This document shows positions 1 to 9,299 of a stretch of DNA of 44,922 nt, in pieces. This stretch comes from an uncultured Candidatus Micrarchaeota archaeon (GTDB lineage Archaea; Micrarchaeota; Micrarchaeia; Anstonellales; Anstonellaceae). A program made the position numbers and the translations under genes. Location of the stretch: positions 1 to 44,922 of the forward strand of contig CAIXYX010000092.1 in assembly GCA_903923795.1 (NCBI GenBank), given 5' to 3'. Numbering within the stretch: position 1 is the stretch's first letter; each line of letters begins with the position of its first letter. The notes under the pieces are model-generated. The model did not search any database. It saw only the letters and a program-made list of their open reading frames with translations, and was not told where the DNA came from.

Positions 1-137
1 ACGCCATTTGCCTTGAGGTGGCGCAGCACATATTCGAGGATGGGCTTTTTGCCAAGAGGAAGCATCGGCTTTGGGATGGAATAGGTATAGGGCCTAAGGC
101 GCGTGCCCTGCCCGCCGCAGCATACGATGGCTTTCAT
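1..137 (-). CDS. Sugar-1-phosphate nucleotidyltransferase, N-terminal fragment (gene runs off the left edge)
   Basis: Absent from the ORF track because it is truncated. Reverse-strand translation from the ATG at 137-135 gives MKAIVCCGGQGTRLRPYTYSIPKPMLPLGKKPILEYVLRHLKANG. This carries the GGxGTRLxP...PKPM signature of NTP_transferase-family enzymes. It lies directly downstream of the phosphohexomutase gene on the same strand. Confidence 0.7.
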   Translation of the reverse strand, partial: MKAIVCCGGQGTRLRPYTYSIPKPMLPLGKKPILEYVLRHLKANG

Positions 138-229
138 GCAAAACACCCCAGAATTAACCGATGGCTACACATCGATGATGACGATACCATGATGGCTACT
201 ATATCTGCTTGGACAAGGACCGCTACATT

Positions 230-1759
230 TTAAATCATGTCCAACTCGCGCAAACGCTTGCCGGCCAGCGCGTGGTATTTGCGCGCGAGGCTTTCGGCCT
301 CGTCGGCTTGCGGCGCCTCGGCGAACACGCGCACATAATTCTCGGTGCCGGACGCGCGGATCAGCACCCAAGAGGATTCGAAGTCGAGGCGGAAACCCCC
401 CTTTAGAGGGCGGAGGATGGAATTGTCAGGCAGATGGGATTTGAGCTCGTGTGCCAGGCGGGAGGACAGCCGCTGATTCACTCCAGGCGGACAGGCTAAT
501 TTGAGTTTGGAGTTGTGGAATTCGGGCAGCTCGTCCACCCATTCGCTCAATGGCGCGTAAGCGGTCATCTCGAGAAGTTTTCCGGCTGCGAGAACGCCGT
601 CTTTGGCAAGAGAGAAAGTTGGCCAGACTATGCCGCCCACCTCCTCACCAGCCATTATGACGCGCTCGCCCAATTGATGCACGCGCTCGGACAAGTATGG
701 GGCGCCGACGTCCGTGTATTCCGTGATGGCACCGAATTCTTTTGCCACTTCTTCGACCACTCTGCTGGTGGCCGAAGTGGTCACGACGATGGGAGGAAGA
801 TTGGTGGAAAGACGGTTTCTTCCGTTGCGCCCTTTGTTCTTCTTCAATTCTTTTTCGCGCAAAAGCAATGCCCATTTGGCCGAGAGTGCGACACCCATGT
901 CACCGGAAATCCAGCGGCCCTTGTCGTCGACGAATGTCACTCTGTCGGCATCGCCGTCCCACGCCACGCCGAAGTCGGCCCCCTGCTCAACAACGGTTTT
1001 GATAAGAGTCTGCACATTCGCCTCGGCGGGCTCGGAAGGCCGGTTTGGGAAATGACCGTCTAATTTTTCGTTGATTACTTTGAGCTTGACGCCCAACTGA
1101 CGGAAGAGGTCAGGAGCGATGAGAGTCGAGGTGCCGTTGCCCGGGTCGGCGATGACAGACAGTTTGCGCGTGTGCTTTGGCTTTGCTATGAGCGGGCGGT
1201 TGAGGAAATTTCTGATGGCTTGAGAATAAGTTGGAATAACATTTGGCACGGCTTCGGTTTTGCCCATTTCTGACCAATCAGGGACGGGATGATGCGGCTT
1301 GTGGATGTAATGGGGGATTGATTCGCCGCGCTCGCGCGAGACTGCCACACCATTGGCGTCGACGAATTTGAGCGCGTTCCATTCGGGAGGATTATGGCTT
1401 GCCGTGACGATGATGAGCCCGCTCGCTTGCAGGTTATGGGCCGTCCATTCCGCCCCCGGGGCGGTGAGTATGCCCAAATCAAGAACTTGAGCACCGCCCT
1501 CCATGAGCCCGCTGGCCGTGGCTTCGAAAAGACAAGGCGAGGTGATGCGCATATCTCTTGCGAGGGCGACGGCAGGAAGAGAAGAGTAGGGCGAATTTTT
1601 TGATTTGCTTTTCGCTTTTTGTCCGCCTTTCGCGTTTGTGTTTTTCGCCGCATGCGCCTTGACGAAATGGGCGAAGCCGAAGCCCAAGTCCATGGCCGCC
1701 TGCGGACCGAGTTCGTCGAAGAGGGCGCGCACGCCGTTGGTGCCCATCGAGAGCGTCAT
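230..1759 (-). CDS. Alpha-D-phosphohexomutase (phosphoglucomutase/phosphomannomutase or GlmM-like)
   Basis: 509-aa ORF with all four family motifs: TASHNPPEWN (phosphoserine loop), WDGDADR (Mg site), GEEVGG (sugar loop) and RASGTEN (phosphate loop). It contains Lys/Asn-rich low-complexity inserts (KNTNAKGGQKAKSKSKN and KELKKNKGRNGRN). Confidence 0.9.
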   Translation of the reverse strand: MTLSMGTNGVRALFDELGPQAAMDLGFGFAHFVKAHAAKNTNAKGGQKAKSKSKNSPYSSLPAVALARDMRITSPCLFEATASGLMEGGAQVLDLGILTAPGAEWTAHNLQASGLIIVTASHNPPEWNALKFVDANGVAVSRERGESIPHYIHKPHHPVPDWSEMGKTEAVPNVIPTYSQAIRNFLNRPLIAKPKHTRKLSVIADPGNGTSTLIAPDLFRQLGVKLKVINEKLDGHFPNRPSEPAEANVQTLIKTVVEQGADFGVAWDGDADRVTFVDDKGRWISGDMGVALSAKWALLLREKELKKNKGRNGRNRLSTNLPPIVVTTSATSRVVEEVAKEFGAITEYTDVGAPYLSERVHQLGERVIMAGEEVGGIVWPTFSLAKDGVLAAGKLLEMTAYAPLSEWVDELPEFHNSKLKLACPPGVNQRLSSRLAHELKSHLPDNSILRPLKGGFRLDFESSWVLIRASGTENYVRVFAEAPQADEAESLARKYHALAGKRLRELDMI

Positions 1760-1782
1760 GGGATGAGTTTGTGATGAATGAA

Positions 1783-1788
1783 TTTAAA
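1783..1788 (-). promoter_or_regulatory. TATA-like box (TTTAAA) 24-29 nt upstream of the phosphohexomutase ATG at 1759
   Basis: AT-rich hexamer at the spacing seen before many start codons in this window. This suggests a leaderless or very short-leader mRNA. Confidence 0.4.
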
Positions 1789-1894
1789 GCCGATTGAGGG
1801 CAGGAAGAATGCGGATGGGGAAATTCGCCCGGCCGATTTTCGATAGGGTTAAAAGAAACCTCTGGATGCATCTGCACATCGAGGGGTTTTCATT

Positions 1895-2077
1895 ATGGGC
1901 ATGCTCGACACGGGGTTGATGGGTTTAGGGGGAGTATCGATAGGGGTCGGCATGATAACCCCACCGGGTTTGGAGAAGCAGTCGTCGATTTTCCTCACGC
2001 TGGGCACGCTGGCGGCGGCGGGCGGCATGGCGATAAAATCCTCCGAGGGCGGAGGCAAGGCAATGGGAAAGAAATAG
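1895..2077 (+). CDS. Small Gly-rich putative membrane protein (60 aa)
   Basis: It is the only ORF in a 352-bp gap. GAGGGG (1881-1886) lies 8 nt before the ATG, and GTTAAAAG lies about 45 nt upstream. The product has two hydrophobic Gly-rich segments and a basic C-terminus. I recognise no family. Confidence 0.35.
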   Translation: MGMLDTGLMGLGGVSIGVGMITPPGLEKQSSIFLTLGTLAAAGGMAIKSSEGGGKAMGKK

Positions 2078-2082
2078 AAATG

Positions 2083-2089
2083 ATAATAA
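2083..2089 (+). promoter_or_regulatory. TATA-like box (ATAATAA) 23-29 nt upstream of the EndoQ ATG
   Basis: AT-rich heptamer at the recurrent spacing. Confidence 0.4.
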
Positions 2090-2111
2090 CAATCGCTCTC
2101 TTTCTTAGCAT

Positions 2112-3347
2112 ATGAAGATTTTGGCCGATTTGCATGTTCATTCTAAATACGCCCGCGGTTGTTCACCGCGCATGGACATTTCCAACATGGCTACTTGGGC
2201 CAAAATAAAAGGCCTTCATCTCGTCGGAACAGGGGATGCGACGCATCCGAAATATTTCGGGGAGATAAAAAACGAGACCGCCGTGGATGAAAAACAAAAA
2301 GACGGGTTTCTTGTTCGAGACGGCATCTTCTTTGTTCCAACTGTTGAAGTCAATAATATTTTCACCTCGGCAGATGGCAAGAAGAGAAGGGTGCACACGC
2401 TGCTTGTTTTCCCCAACCTCGAAGTTTCCAAGAGTTTTTCTGATTTGATTTCCCCCCATTCGAAACTCGGCACGGATGGAAGGCCGTGGGTGAGGATGAG
2501 TTTGGAGGAGATGACTGAGAAAACGCTGGCCCTCAATGCGCATATCCTCGTCATCCCCGCGCACATCTGGACGCCATGGTTCGGCTGTTTTGGTGCCAAA
2601 GGCGGATTCGGCTCTTTGAAAGAAGCTTTCGGCTCGCAGACTTCGAATATTCATGCCATCGAAACCGGCCTCTCATCCGACCCGCCGATGAATTGGAGAT
2701 GCTCATGGCTGGATGATGTTCGTATTTTGTCTTTCTCTGACGCGCATTCGCCGGAGAATCTGGCGCGTGAATGTTCGGAATTCGAATTGGAGAAGATGGA
2801 TTACGAATGCTTGTGGCGCGCGATTGCCGCGCCCGATGCGCGCAACCATTTGGTGCGCACCATCGAATTCTTTCCCCAAGAGGGCAAATATTTCGCAGAC
2901 GGGCATAGGGAATGTAATTTGAGGCTGACGGCTGCCGAGACGAGGGCGCATGGGGGGAGATGCCCGAAATGCGGCAAAAAGATAACGCGCGGAGTGCTTG
3001 GCCGAATTGATTTGCTCGCAGACAGGGCGGAAGGAGAGAAGCCGGCGAGTGCTGTTCCATTCACTCATCTGGTTCCCTTACGAACATTAATCGCCATGGC
3101 CCTTGATTCTGGGAAAACCACGCAGGGAGTGGACAAATCATATGAGGCGCTGATTTCGAAATTCGGCAATGAATTGACGGCTCTGGAAAGCCGGGCGGAT
3201 GACGTGGAGAAAGCTCTCATGCCATCTTTGGGTTTGGAGAAGAGCCGCAAAATCGGGCAGGCGGTTCTGCTTATGCAGGAGGAGAAATTGGAATTGAAGG
3301 CAGGATATGACGGGCAGTATGGAGAGGTAGGCTTGCCGAAAAACTGA
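2112..3347 (+). CDS. endoQ: Endonuclease Q (PHP-domain nuclease with C-terminal zinc ribbon, COG1379 type)
   Basis: The N-terminal PHP signature is DLHVHSKYARG...LVGTGDATHP. The C-terminal Zn ribbon is CPKCGKKITRGVLGRI. The 411-aa length and architecture match archaeal EndoQ. Confidence 0.8.
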   Translation: MKILADLHVHSKYARGCSPRMDISNMATWAKIKGLHLVGTGDATHPKYFGEIKNETAVDEKQKDGFLVRDGIFFVPTVEVNNIFTSADGKKRRVHTLLVFPNLEVSKSFSDLISPHSKLGTDGRPWVRMSLEEMTEKTLALNAHILVIPAHIWTPWFGCFGAKGGFGSLKEAFGSQTSNIHAIETGLSSDPPMNWRCSWLDDVRILSFSDAHSPENLARECSEFELEKMDYECLWRAIAAPDARNHLVRTIEFFPQEGKYFADGHRECNLRLTAAETRAHGGRCPKCGKKITRGVLGRIDLLADRAEGEKPASAVPFTHLVPLRTLIAMALDSGKTTQGVDKSYEALISKFGNELTALESRADDVEKALMPSLGLEKSRKIGQAVLLMQEEKLELKAGYDGQYGEVGLPKN

Positions 3348-3382
3348 TTGAAAACAGCCCCGACTCGCGCTCATGCCCTGCC

Positions 3383-3390
3383 TTTTTATC
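3383..3390 (+). promoter_or_regulatory. TATA-like box (TTTTTATC) 23-30 nt upstream of the scpA ATG
   Basis: T/A-rich octamer at the recurrent spacing. Confidence 0.4.
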
Positions 3391-3412
3391 CTTTTTTCCC
3401 CAATCCAACTCC

Positions 3413-4192
3413 ATGAAGGCGACCGCGCGGCCCATAGAGGCTGAAATGGAAAACTTGCACGAGGATAGTAAGAGCAAGGTTGCCCCCATTTCCCCAAATG
3501 ACACAAATCTCGAGCGCATCGTGGCCATGCCGACTTGGCGCGAAGTGCTCATGGATTTGGTGCATTCGAATCAGATAGACCCGTGGAACATCGACGTTGT
3601 GGAGATAACGAAGAAATACATCGAGCAGGTCCAGAAGATGACCATGAACGACCTGCGCATCCCCGCAAATCTTATTCTGGCGGCGGCCATACTTTTGCGC
3701 TTCAAATCAGACATGCTGAATCTGGACGAACCAGAGCCGCAGATGACACTTGACGAATACAGCGAACATGTGCCGATGAGCGACATACCCGTGCTGGAAT
3801 TGCGGGGGCGCATACCGCCCAAAAGGCGCGTGACATTGGAGGAATTGGTGTCCGCCGTTGAGGAAGTGTTTTCGCGCGAGCAGGAGAGGGCAAGCCCGCG
3901 CTTGCCAGTGGAGATACCGCCCGCCATCGAGATTAAATTGGCTGAATTCAACCTGGATGAACAGATGGGCGCGGTGCAGACAAAGATAAACAAACAAAAA
4001 GACGGCGAGGGGCTGGTGGCTTTCTCGGCATTGCTCGACGAGCCCACGCGGCAGTCGGTTGTATATACATTGCTGCCTTTGCTATTTCTTGCGCAGCGGG
4101 GGGAAGTTAGCTTGGCGCAGGACCCGTTTTTCGGCGAGATATTCATCAGATGCATGGATGTTAAGAAGAGCGCGAAGAAAACGAGCGGATGA
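3413..4192 (+). CDS. scpA: Segregation and condensation protein A (kleisin)
   Basis: Typical ScpA N-terminus: LMDLVHSNQIDPWNIDVVEITKKYIEQVQKM...DLRIPANLILAAAILLRFKS. A C-terminal winged-helix region is present, and scpB follows immediately. Confidence 0.85.
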   Translation: MKATARPIEAEMENLHEDSKSKVAPISPNDTNLERIVAMPTWREVLMDLVHSNQIDPWNIDVVEITKKYIEQVQKMTMNDLRIPANLILAAAILLRFKSDMLNLDEPEPQMTLDEYSEHVPMSDIPVLELRGRIPPKRRVTLEELVSAVEEVFSREQERASPRLPVEIPPAIEIKLAEFNLDEQMGAVQTKINKQKDGEGLVAFSALLDEPTRQSVVYTLLPLLFLAQRGEVSLAQDPFFGEIFIRCMDVKKSAKKTSG

Positions 4193-4207
4193 TGAGAGAT
4201 AAGGCGG

Positions 4208-5161
4208 ATGGAAAAAATCAGGATGGTTATTATGGCGAAATCCAAGATGGCGGTATATGTGCGGGCGCGGCAGGAGCCCAACTCAGAGGCTGCGAAGAAA
4301 GCGGCGAGGGCGCCCATTCCGCTCGCGGCCGAAAAGACAGAAGAGAAGGCGCCGATTTCAGAGGCCGTGATAAAAGACGAAGTTGTCGCCGGGAAGAAAA
4401 TGCCAAAAGCCCCAAAAGAGAACCGCTCGGAACAAATCAGCGAGATAGTCTTGGCGGGCGCTGCGCCGAAAAAACACTCGCCTGTGCCGGATGAGAGCGT
4501 GGATGAGGAGAGCACGGAGAAGCTCGGGCTTGGGACAAAACCCGAAATGCCGCCTTCTGCCGAATTCGAGGTGCAATCCAATCAGACCAGGCTCGATGTT
4601 GGGCAGGGACAAAATCCGCCCTTGACACCGACCAGCGCGACGGCGCCGGATGCGGCCAAGCAGGCGGCAGATGCGCAAACAATCCAATCCTCCATCCAAT
4701 CAAGCGTGCTCGACCCATTGCGCGTTTTGGAGGCGGCTTTATTCATGTCACCCCAATCCCTGCCTGCTGCTGATTTAGGCAAACTCGTCGGAATCGCGTC
4801 TGTCGGGCACGTGGGCACGCTGCTTTCGCAATTGGGCAAGCAATATGACGCAACAGGCTCCTCTTTGGAAGTTGTCGAGGAGAATCCGGGCAAATGGACG
4901 ATGAGGATTCGCGCTTCATTCGCGCCGACCGTGCGCCGCTTTGCAGGTGAAGCCGAGATTCCGAAGCATGCGCTGCGCACATTGGCATATATCTCGAGAC
5001 ATGAGGGAATAACGAAACGGGATTTGTTCAGAAGGTTAGGCGGCACGATTTACGAGGATACAGCCGAACTTTTGGAGAAAGGATTTGTGTCAGCAAAACC
5101 ATCAGGGCGGACGATGGCATTGACAACGACGGCGAAATTCAAGCAGTATTTCACGGGCTGA
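4208..5161 (+). CDS. scpB: Segregation and condensation protein B with a long disordered N-terminal extension
   Basis: The C-terminal ~150 aa form a tandem winged-helix ScpB core (LRVLEAALFMS...ADL, ALRTLAYISRHEGITKRDL). The first ~165 aa are K/E/P/A-rich low complexity, so the true start is uncertain. Confidence 0.8.
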   Translation: MEKIRMVIMAKSKMAVYVRARQEPNSEAAKKAARAPIPLAAEKTEEKAPISEAVIKDEVVAGKKMPKAPKENRSEQISEIVLAGAAPKKHSPVPDESVDEESTEKLGLGTKPEMPPSAEFEVQSNQTRLDVGQGQNPPLTPTSATAPDAAKQAADAQTIQSSIQSSVLDPLRVLEAALFMSPQSLPAADLGKLVGIASVGHVGTLLSQLGKQYDATGSSLEVVEENPGKWTMRIRASFAPTVRRFAGEAEIPKHALRTLAYISRHEGITKRDLFRRLGGTIYEDTAELLEKGFVSAKPSGRTMALTTTAKFKQYFTG

Positions 5162-5250
5162 TATTTGTTGGATTTGTTTGTTTCCTAATGGTTAGCAGAG
5201 GTTTATGAGCGATGAGAGATAAAAATAATCAACTAAATGAGGTGTTATTC

Positions 5251-5565
5251 ATGGTCGCAGATTTGGATTCCGAGAGTTTCAAGAAGCACACGGCTACTGG
5301 CTGGGCATTGGTCGATTTCTGGGCGCCGTGGTGCGGGCCGTGCAAGATGCTGGGGCCAGTTGTGGATGAACTTTCAAAAGAGATGAAAGACGTCAAATTC
5401 GGCAAGGTGAATGTTGACGAGCAGGAGGAATTGGCGACCAAATTTTCCGTGTCATCCATTCCGACGATTATTTTATTTCATGACGGCGAATTGGCGGACC
5501 AGCGCGTGGGCGCGGGGACGAAATCATCGCTCAAGAGCTGGATTAGCCAGGCGATGGGGGAATAA
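5251..5565 (+). CDS. trxA: Thioredoxin
   Basis: WCGPC active site in a ~104-aa product. GAGGTG (5239-5244) lies 6 nt before the ATG at 5251, so I prefer this start to the track start at 5212. Confidence 0.9.
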   Translation: MVADLDSESFKKHTATGWALVDFWAPWCGPCKMLGPVVDELSKEMKDVKFGKVNVDEQEELATKFSVSSIPTIILFHDGELADQRVGAGTKSSLKSWISQAMGE

Positions 5566-5588
5566 ACCTAAAAAAACGAACCCGGAAT

Positions 5589-5996
5589 TCAGCGCTTTTG
5601 CGCCACTTTCTTTCCGTTCAAGCTGTTCTTTTTCGCTTCTTCCATGTCCGTGGCAGTATTCTGAAATTCGAGAGCTTGGGGGATTTTCTCAAATCGCAGA
5701 TTCTTGAGCATTTCGTGCCGGTTGAGTTTGTCGAATTCGTTTTTGGCCTCGATGTATTTGGGATAGAATTTCTGATAATCCGAAATCTGTTTTTTGTTGA
5801 TATTCTTCTGTGGACCAGTAAACACAATATTTGGATTGTCTTTTTCGACCATCAGATTGGCCATGTAAGCGGTCGGCCCCCAGATGCCGTTCGTTTCACT
5901 GAAAAGGACGGGGCGCATCCGTAAATTCTCAATCGCATCCGCCAATTTCTTTGACGCTTCTTTGAGTTCATCCGAGCCGGCCATCAGGACCACCAA
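5589..5996 (-). CDS. Hypothetical protein (135 aa)
   Basis: Clean ORF filling the gap between the trx and SPFH genes. The product is charged and soluble. I recognise no motif. Confidence 0.5.
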   Translation of the reverse strand: MVVLMAGSDELKEASKKLADAIENLRMRPVLFSETNGIWGPTAYMANLMVEKDNPNIVFTGPQKNINKKQISDYQKFYPKYIEAKNEFDKLNRHEMLKNLRFEKIPQALEFQNTATDMEEAKKNSLNGKKVAQKR

Positions 5997-6095
5997 GCGG
6001 TGAGAAGAAGAGGAGAAATATAACAGTATCGCCGTGCTTGGACTTAAGGAGAAAAGAATTGAAAATGAAAAAAAGAATGGGCAAAAAAATTCGGC

Positions 6096-7127
6096 CTATT
6101 TTTTCCCCGAAGCCCGATAGCCCGGCGTTCCGGAGACAGATGGGCGGGATGCGCCGGATGAGCCGGACAGACTGGATGCGCCAGACATGGCGGACGAGCC
6201 CGAGCCGGCGGCCGATGCCGAGGTGTTGAGCGGCAGTAATTTCATCCCGCTCGCCTCCGAGAGCACGTTCACCAGATTCGAGCCTTGCGGCACGATGAAC
6301 TTGGTGTTGGATGCCAGCACCCGCTCCGTCATCTCGATTTTGCGCAATTCCACGGCCTGCCCCTTGAATGTCTCGGCTGCCGCCGTGTTGACGATTGTGA
6401 TTTCTTTTGCGTGCGCATCCGCTATTTTCAGAATCGCGTTGGCTTCACCTTCGGCCTTTAGAATGCTGGCAGTCTTGGCGCCTTCTGCCACCTGAATAGA
6501 GGCGCGGCGCTCACCATCGGCGCGGTTCTCGGTGGCCGAGGCGAAGTCTTTTGCCGCGATTTTCTCCTTCTCGGCGATGACCACTTTGTTCATTGTGGCC
6601 TGCACGTCGGATGGCGGCTGAATCTCTTTCAATTCGGCGCGGACAACTTCGATGCCCCAGTCGCCGACCTGCTTCGACAATTCCACTCCGAGGCGGGTGT
6701 TGAGCTCGTTTCTCATTGAATTTGCCTCGGTGAGAGTCATCTCGCCGATGATGGCGCGTAGAGTTGTGCGTGATAAAGAGACTATCTGAACAGTGTAATC
6801 ATTGACCGAATACTGAGATTTCTTTATGCTCTCCTCATCCGCGCGCACCTTGAAATATATCTGCGCATCGACGATGGCGTTCAATGAGTCTTTGGTGATG
6901 ACTTCCTGCTGCTGCGCATTGACCATCTGCTCGGTGATGTTGACCTCGACCAGATTGTCGATGAATGGGACAACTATTGCGATGCCGGGCCCGTAGAATG
7001 CATGATAGCGGCCGAAGCGCTCGAGGAGCGCGCGGTTGGTGGGCCGGACGAAGCGCACGGTCCAGAAAGCGAATATGCCTATGAGCACGAGAATGACTAT
7101 TGCGGGAAGGATGAGTTCGGCTACCAT
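6096..7127 (-). CDS. SPFH/band-7 (stomatin/prohibitin-like) membrane protein with a Ser/Gly-rich tail
   Basis: An N-terminal TM helix (ELILPAIVILVLIGIFAFWTV) is followed by the SPFH core (FGRYHAFYGPGIAIVVPFID...ITKDSL...RTTLRAIIGEMTL) and a coiled-coil region. The tail is SASAAGSGSSAMSGASSLSGSSGAS. An alternative TTG start lies at 7145. Confidence 0.85.
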   Translation of the reverse strand: MVAELILPAIVILVLIGIFAFWTVRFVRPTNRALLERFGRYHAFYGPGIAIVVPFIDNLVEVNITEQMVNAQQQEVITKDSLNAIVDAQIYFKVRADEESIKKSQYSVNDYTVQIVSLSRTTLRAIIGEMTLTEANSMRNELNTRLGVELSKQVGDWGIEVVRAELKEIQPPSDVQATMNKVVIAEKEKIAAKDFASATENRADGERRASIQVAEGAKTASILKAEGEANAILKIADAHAKEITIVNTAAAETFKGQAVELRKIEMTERVLASNTKFIVPQGSNLVNVLSEASGMKLLPLNTSASAAGSGSSAMSGASSLSGSSGASRPSVSGTPGYRASGKK

Positions 7128-7159
7128 GTTTATCACCGGCCACAATTTCGCATTAATGG

Positions 7160-7168
7160 TATATAATA
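7160..7168 (-). promoter_or_regulatory. TATA box (TTATATA on the minus strand) for the SPFH gene
   Basis: The GGTATATAATAGG block sits in the divergent SPFH/hisS intergenic region, 33-41 nt upstream of the ATG at 7127. Confidence 0.45.
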
Positions 7169-7228
7169 GGATGACATGGGGGAGATAGATAAGACGTGCG
7201 GACGATGAGAGTTGCGGCGTTCCCCATC

Positions 7229-7238
7229 AAAATAAAAG
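7229..7238 (+). promoter_or_regulatory. TATA-like box (AAAATAAAAG) 22-31 nt upstream of the hisS ATG
   Basis: AT-rich box at the recurrent spacing. Confidence 0.4.
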
Positions 7239-7259
7239 CACAACCAACGAACTCCCTTC

Positions 7260-8561
7260 ATGACTGAATACCAGACCCCCAAAGGCATGCGCGACTTCTC
7301 GGGCCGCGAGATGGAGCGCCGCTTGGCCATGATGCGCAAGATAGAAACAGTTTACCGAGCGTGGGGCTATCAGGCTCTTTCCACGCCGGCGATGGAGTCA
7401 GTTGACACGCTCAATGCCAAAGCGGGGGCGAACTTGGCAGCCGGCTCGGAGATTGCGGGGCAGTTGTTCCGCATCGAGGACAGCGGGCTTGCATTGCGCT
7501 TTGATTTGACGGTTCCGCTTGCACGCTTTGCGGCGAATCAGTCTTTGCCCAAACCATACAAGCGCTATTGCATCGCACCTGTTTGGAGACGGGAAGAGCC
7601 ACAGAAGGGGAGGATGAGGGAATTCTTGCAGGCAGATGCCGATGTTATTGGCTGTCCGTCCATGAGGGCTGAAGCCGAATTGCTGGCCATGGCGTCAGGG
7701 GCATTGCGCGCGATTGGGCTTGGCGCTTTTACCATTCACTTGAGCAACCGCAAGATATTGTCGGGCATTGTTGAGAAGCTGGGCCTTGGAAAAGCCGAGG
7801 TGGATGTTTTCCGCGCTCTCGACAAACTGGACAAGATAGGCGTGGACGGAGTGGAGGCGGAATTGGAGGAGGCGGGCATAAAGAAAGCATCTGTCTCGAA
7901 ACTTTTGGAGCTTATCGGCGATGACGCGGGGGTGGGCAACAAGGAGCGGCTGGAGAAGGCGGGTGAATATTCGCCGCATGGCGCCGAGGAATTGCGGCAG
8001 ATAATCGCCAGCTTGCACGATGATTATGGCATGCATGGCGATGAGGTCAAAATCGATTTGTCGCTTGTGCGCGGGCTTGGGTATTACACCGGACCCATCT
8101 TCGAGATTAGGGCTGGTGGAGGGGTCGGTTCTGTTTCTGGCGGCGGGCGCTATGACCATTTGCTCGAGCTTTATGGACAGACAGATTCGGCTGTCGGCAT
8201 ATCGCTCGGCATCGAGAGGCTGAATGCTTTGGAGGAGGAGCGAGAGAAGGACGGCGGGGCCGTCACGCCGACACAGGTGCTTGTTGTCGAATTGGACTCC
8301 AGTTTGCACAAGAATGCGCTCGAGGCCGCCGATAAACTGCGGGCGGCGGGCATCTCGGTCGAGACTGATTTGAACGAGCGCAATATGAGAAAGCAGCTCG
8401 AATACGCTAACTCGTTAGGAATTCCCTTTGCGCTTATCATCGGCAAGAAAGAGGCCGAGTCTGGAAAATTCAGCCTCAAGGATTTGCGGAGCGGAAGGCA
8501 GGAAACGCTCGGTTTGACAGAAGCGGGCATGGCGATAAAAGAGGCTTTGGCCCAAAAATAA
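7260..8561 (+). CDS. hisS: Histidyl-tRNA synthetase
   Basis: Class II HisRS motifs are present: PKGMRDF, LRFDLTVPLARF, YCIAPVWRREEPQKGRMREF and GGGRYDHLL. A C-terminal anticodon-binding domain follows. Confidence 0.95.
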   Translation: MTEYQTPKGMRDFSGREMERRLAMMRKIETVYRAWGYQALSTPAMESVDTLNAKAGANLAAGSEIAGQLFRIEDSGLALRFDLTVPLARFAANQSLPKPYKRYCIAPVWRREEPQKGRMREFLQADADVIGCPSMRAEAELLAMASGALRAIGLGAFTIHLSNRKILSGIVEKLGLGKAEVDVFRALDKLDKIGVDGVEAELEEAGIKKASVSKLLELIGDDAGVGNKERLEKAGEYSPHGAEELRQIIASLHDDYGMHGDEVKIDLSLVRGLGYYTGPIFEIRAGGGVGSVSGGGRYDHLLELYGQTDSAVGISLGIERLNALEEEREKDGGAVTPTQVLVVELDSSLHKNALEAADKLRAAGISVETDLNERNMRKQLEYANSLGIPFALIIGKKEAESGKFSLKDLRSGRQETLGLTEAGMAIKEALAQK

Positions 8562-8576
8562 AAAGAGACGGTTTGG

Positions 8577-9281
8577 ATGAAAGAAAACGAACTCGCGCCC
8601 ATTCTGTCGGCTGTTCGAACAGGCCGGCCGCTTGTTCTTCTCGACGACGAGAAGCGGGAAGGCGAAGCGGATTTGGTTTTCCATGCGAAATATGCCACAC
8701 AGGAGAACATATGCTTGATGAGAAAAGAGGCTGGCGGGCTGATTTGCCTGGCAACTGACGACAAGACTGCCGGGGACCTGGGCATAGGATTTTCGGTTGA
8801 TGAGCTGCGCACGAGCGGCAACTTGACATACCGGCAACTTGCAATAGACAAAACACCTTACGGGGATGCACCCGCCTTTTCGTTGTGGATAAACAGCCGC
8901 AAGACTTTCACTGGGATAACCGACAATGACAGGAGCAGGACAATCACCGAATTCGAGAAGATGATAAACGGGGGGAAGATGGTGAATGACGGGAAGAAGG
9001 CGGATGACGAAAAGAAAGACATGCGCGAAACTTTTGTCTCCTCGTTCTATGCCCCGGGCCATGTGCCATTGCTCATTTCGAGGACATTGGCGAAAAGAAG
9101 CGGACACACCGAATTGGTTGTGGCGCTGGCTTTGGCCGCGAAGATGACGCCTGCCATGGTCATCTGCGAAATTCTGGATGACGATGGAAATGCCATGGCT
9201 TGGAAGAAAGTGAGGGCTTTGGCGGCCTCGAAAGCTTGGGCTGTGGCGGAAGGGCCTATCTTGAAAAAGAGACTGGGATAG
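8577..9281 (+). CDS. ribB: 3,4-dihydroxy-2-butanone 4-phosphate synthase (archaeal type)
   Basis: LDDEKREGEADLVFHA, MRKEAGGLICLA, RKTFTGITDNDRSRTI, PGHVPLL and GHTELVVALA match the MJ0055-type RibB. It contains a K/D-rich insert (GGKMVNDGKKADDEKKD). Confidence 0.9.
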   Translation: MKENELAPILSAVRTGRPLVLLDDEKREGEADLVFHAKYATQENICLMRKEAGGLICLATDDKTAGDLGIGFSVDELRTSGNLTYRQLAIDKTPYGDAPAFSLWINSRKTFTGITDNDRSRTITEFEKMINGGKMVNDGKKADDEKKDMRETFVSSFYAPGHVPLLISRTLAKRSGHTELVVALALAAKMTPAMVICEILDDDGNAMAWKKVRALAASKAWAVAEGPILKKRLG

Positions 9282-9299
9282 CCAAGGCCGCTTCTTTGT

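Noticed and set aside
18-233. 71-aa plus-strand ORF at the left edge
   Set aside because: The opposite strand over 1-137 encodes a textbook nucleotidyltransferase N-terminus (GGQGTRLRP...PKPMLP). The plus-strand product has no recognisable features.
3571-4581. Long antisense ORFs: 3571-4581, 8171-8851, 8415-9107, 10083-10838, 18558-19334, 20625-21464, 26358-26717, 33096-34076, 38151-38810, 42257-42931 and 44225-44887
   Set aside because: Each lies opposite a confidently identified gene. The products are Ser/Arg/Cys/Pro-rich with no motifs, which is typical of shadow ORFs in moderately GC-rich DNA.
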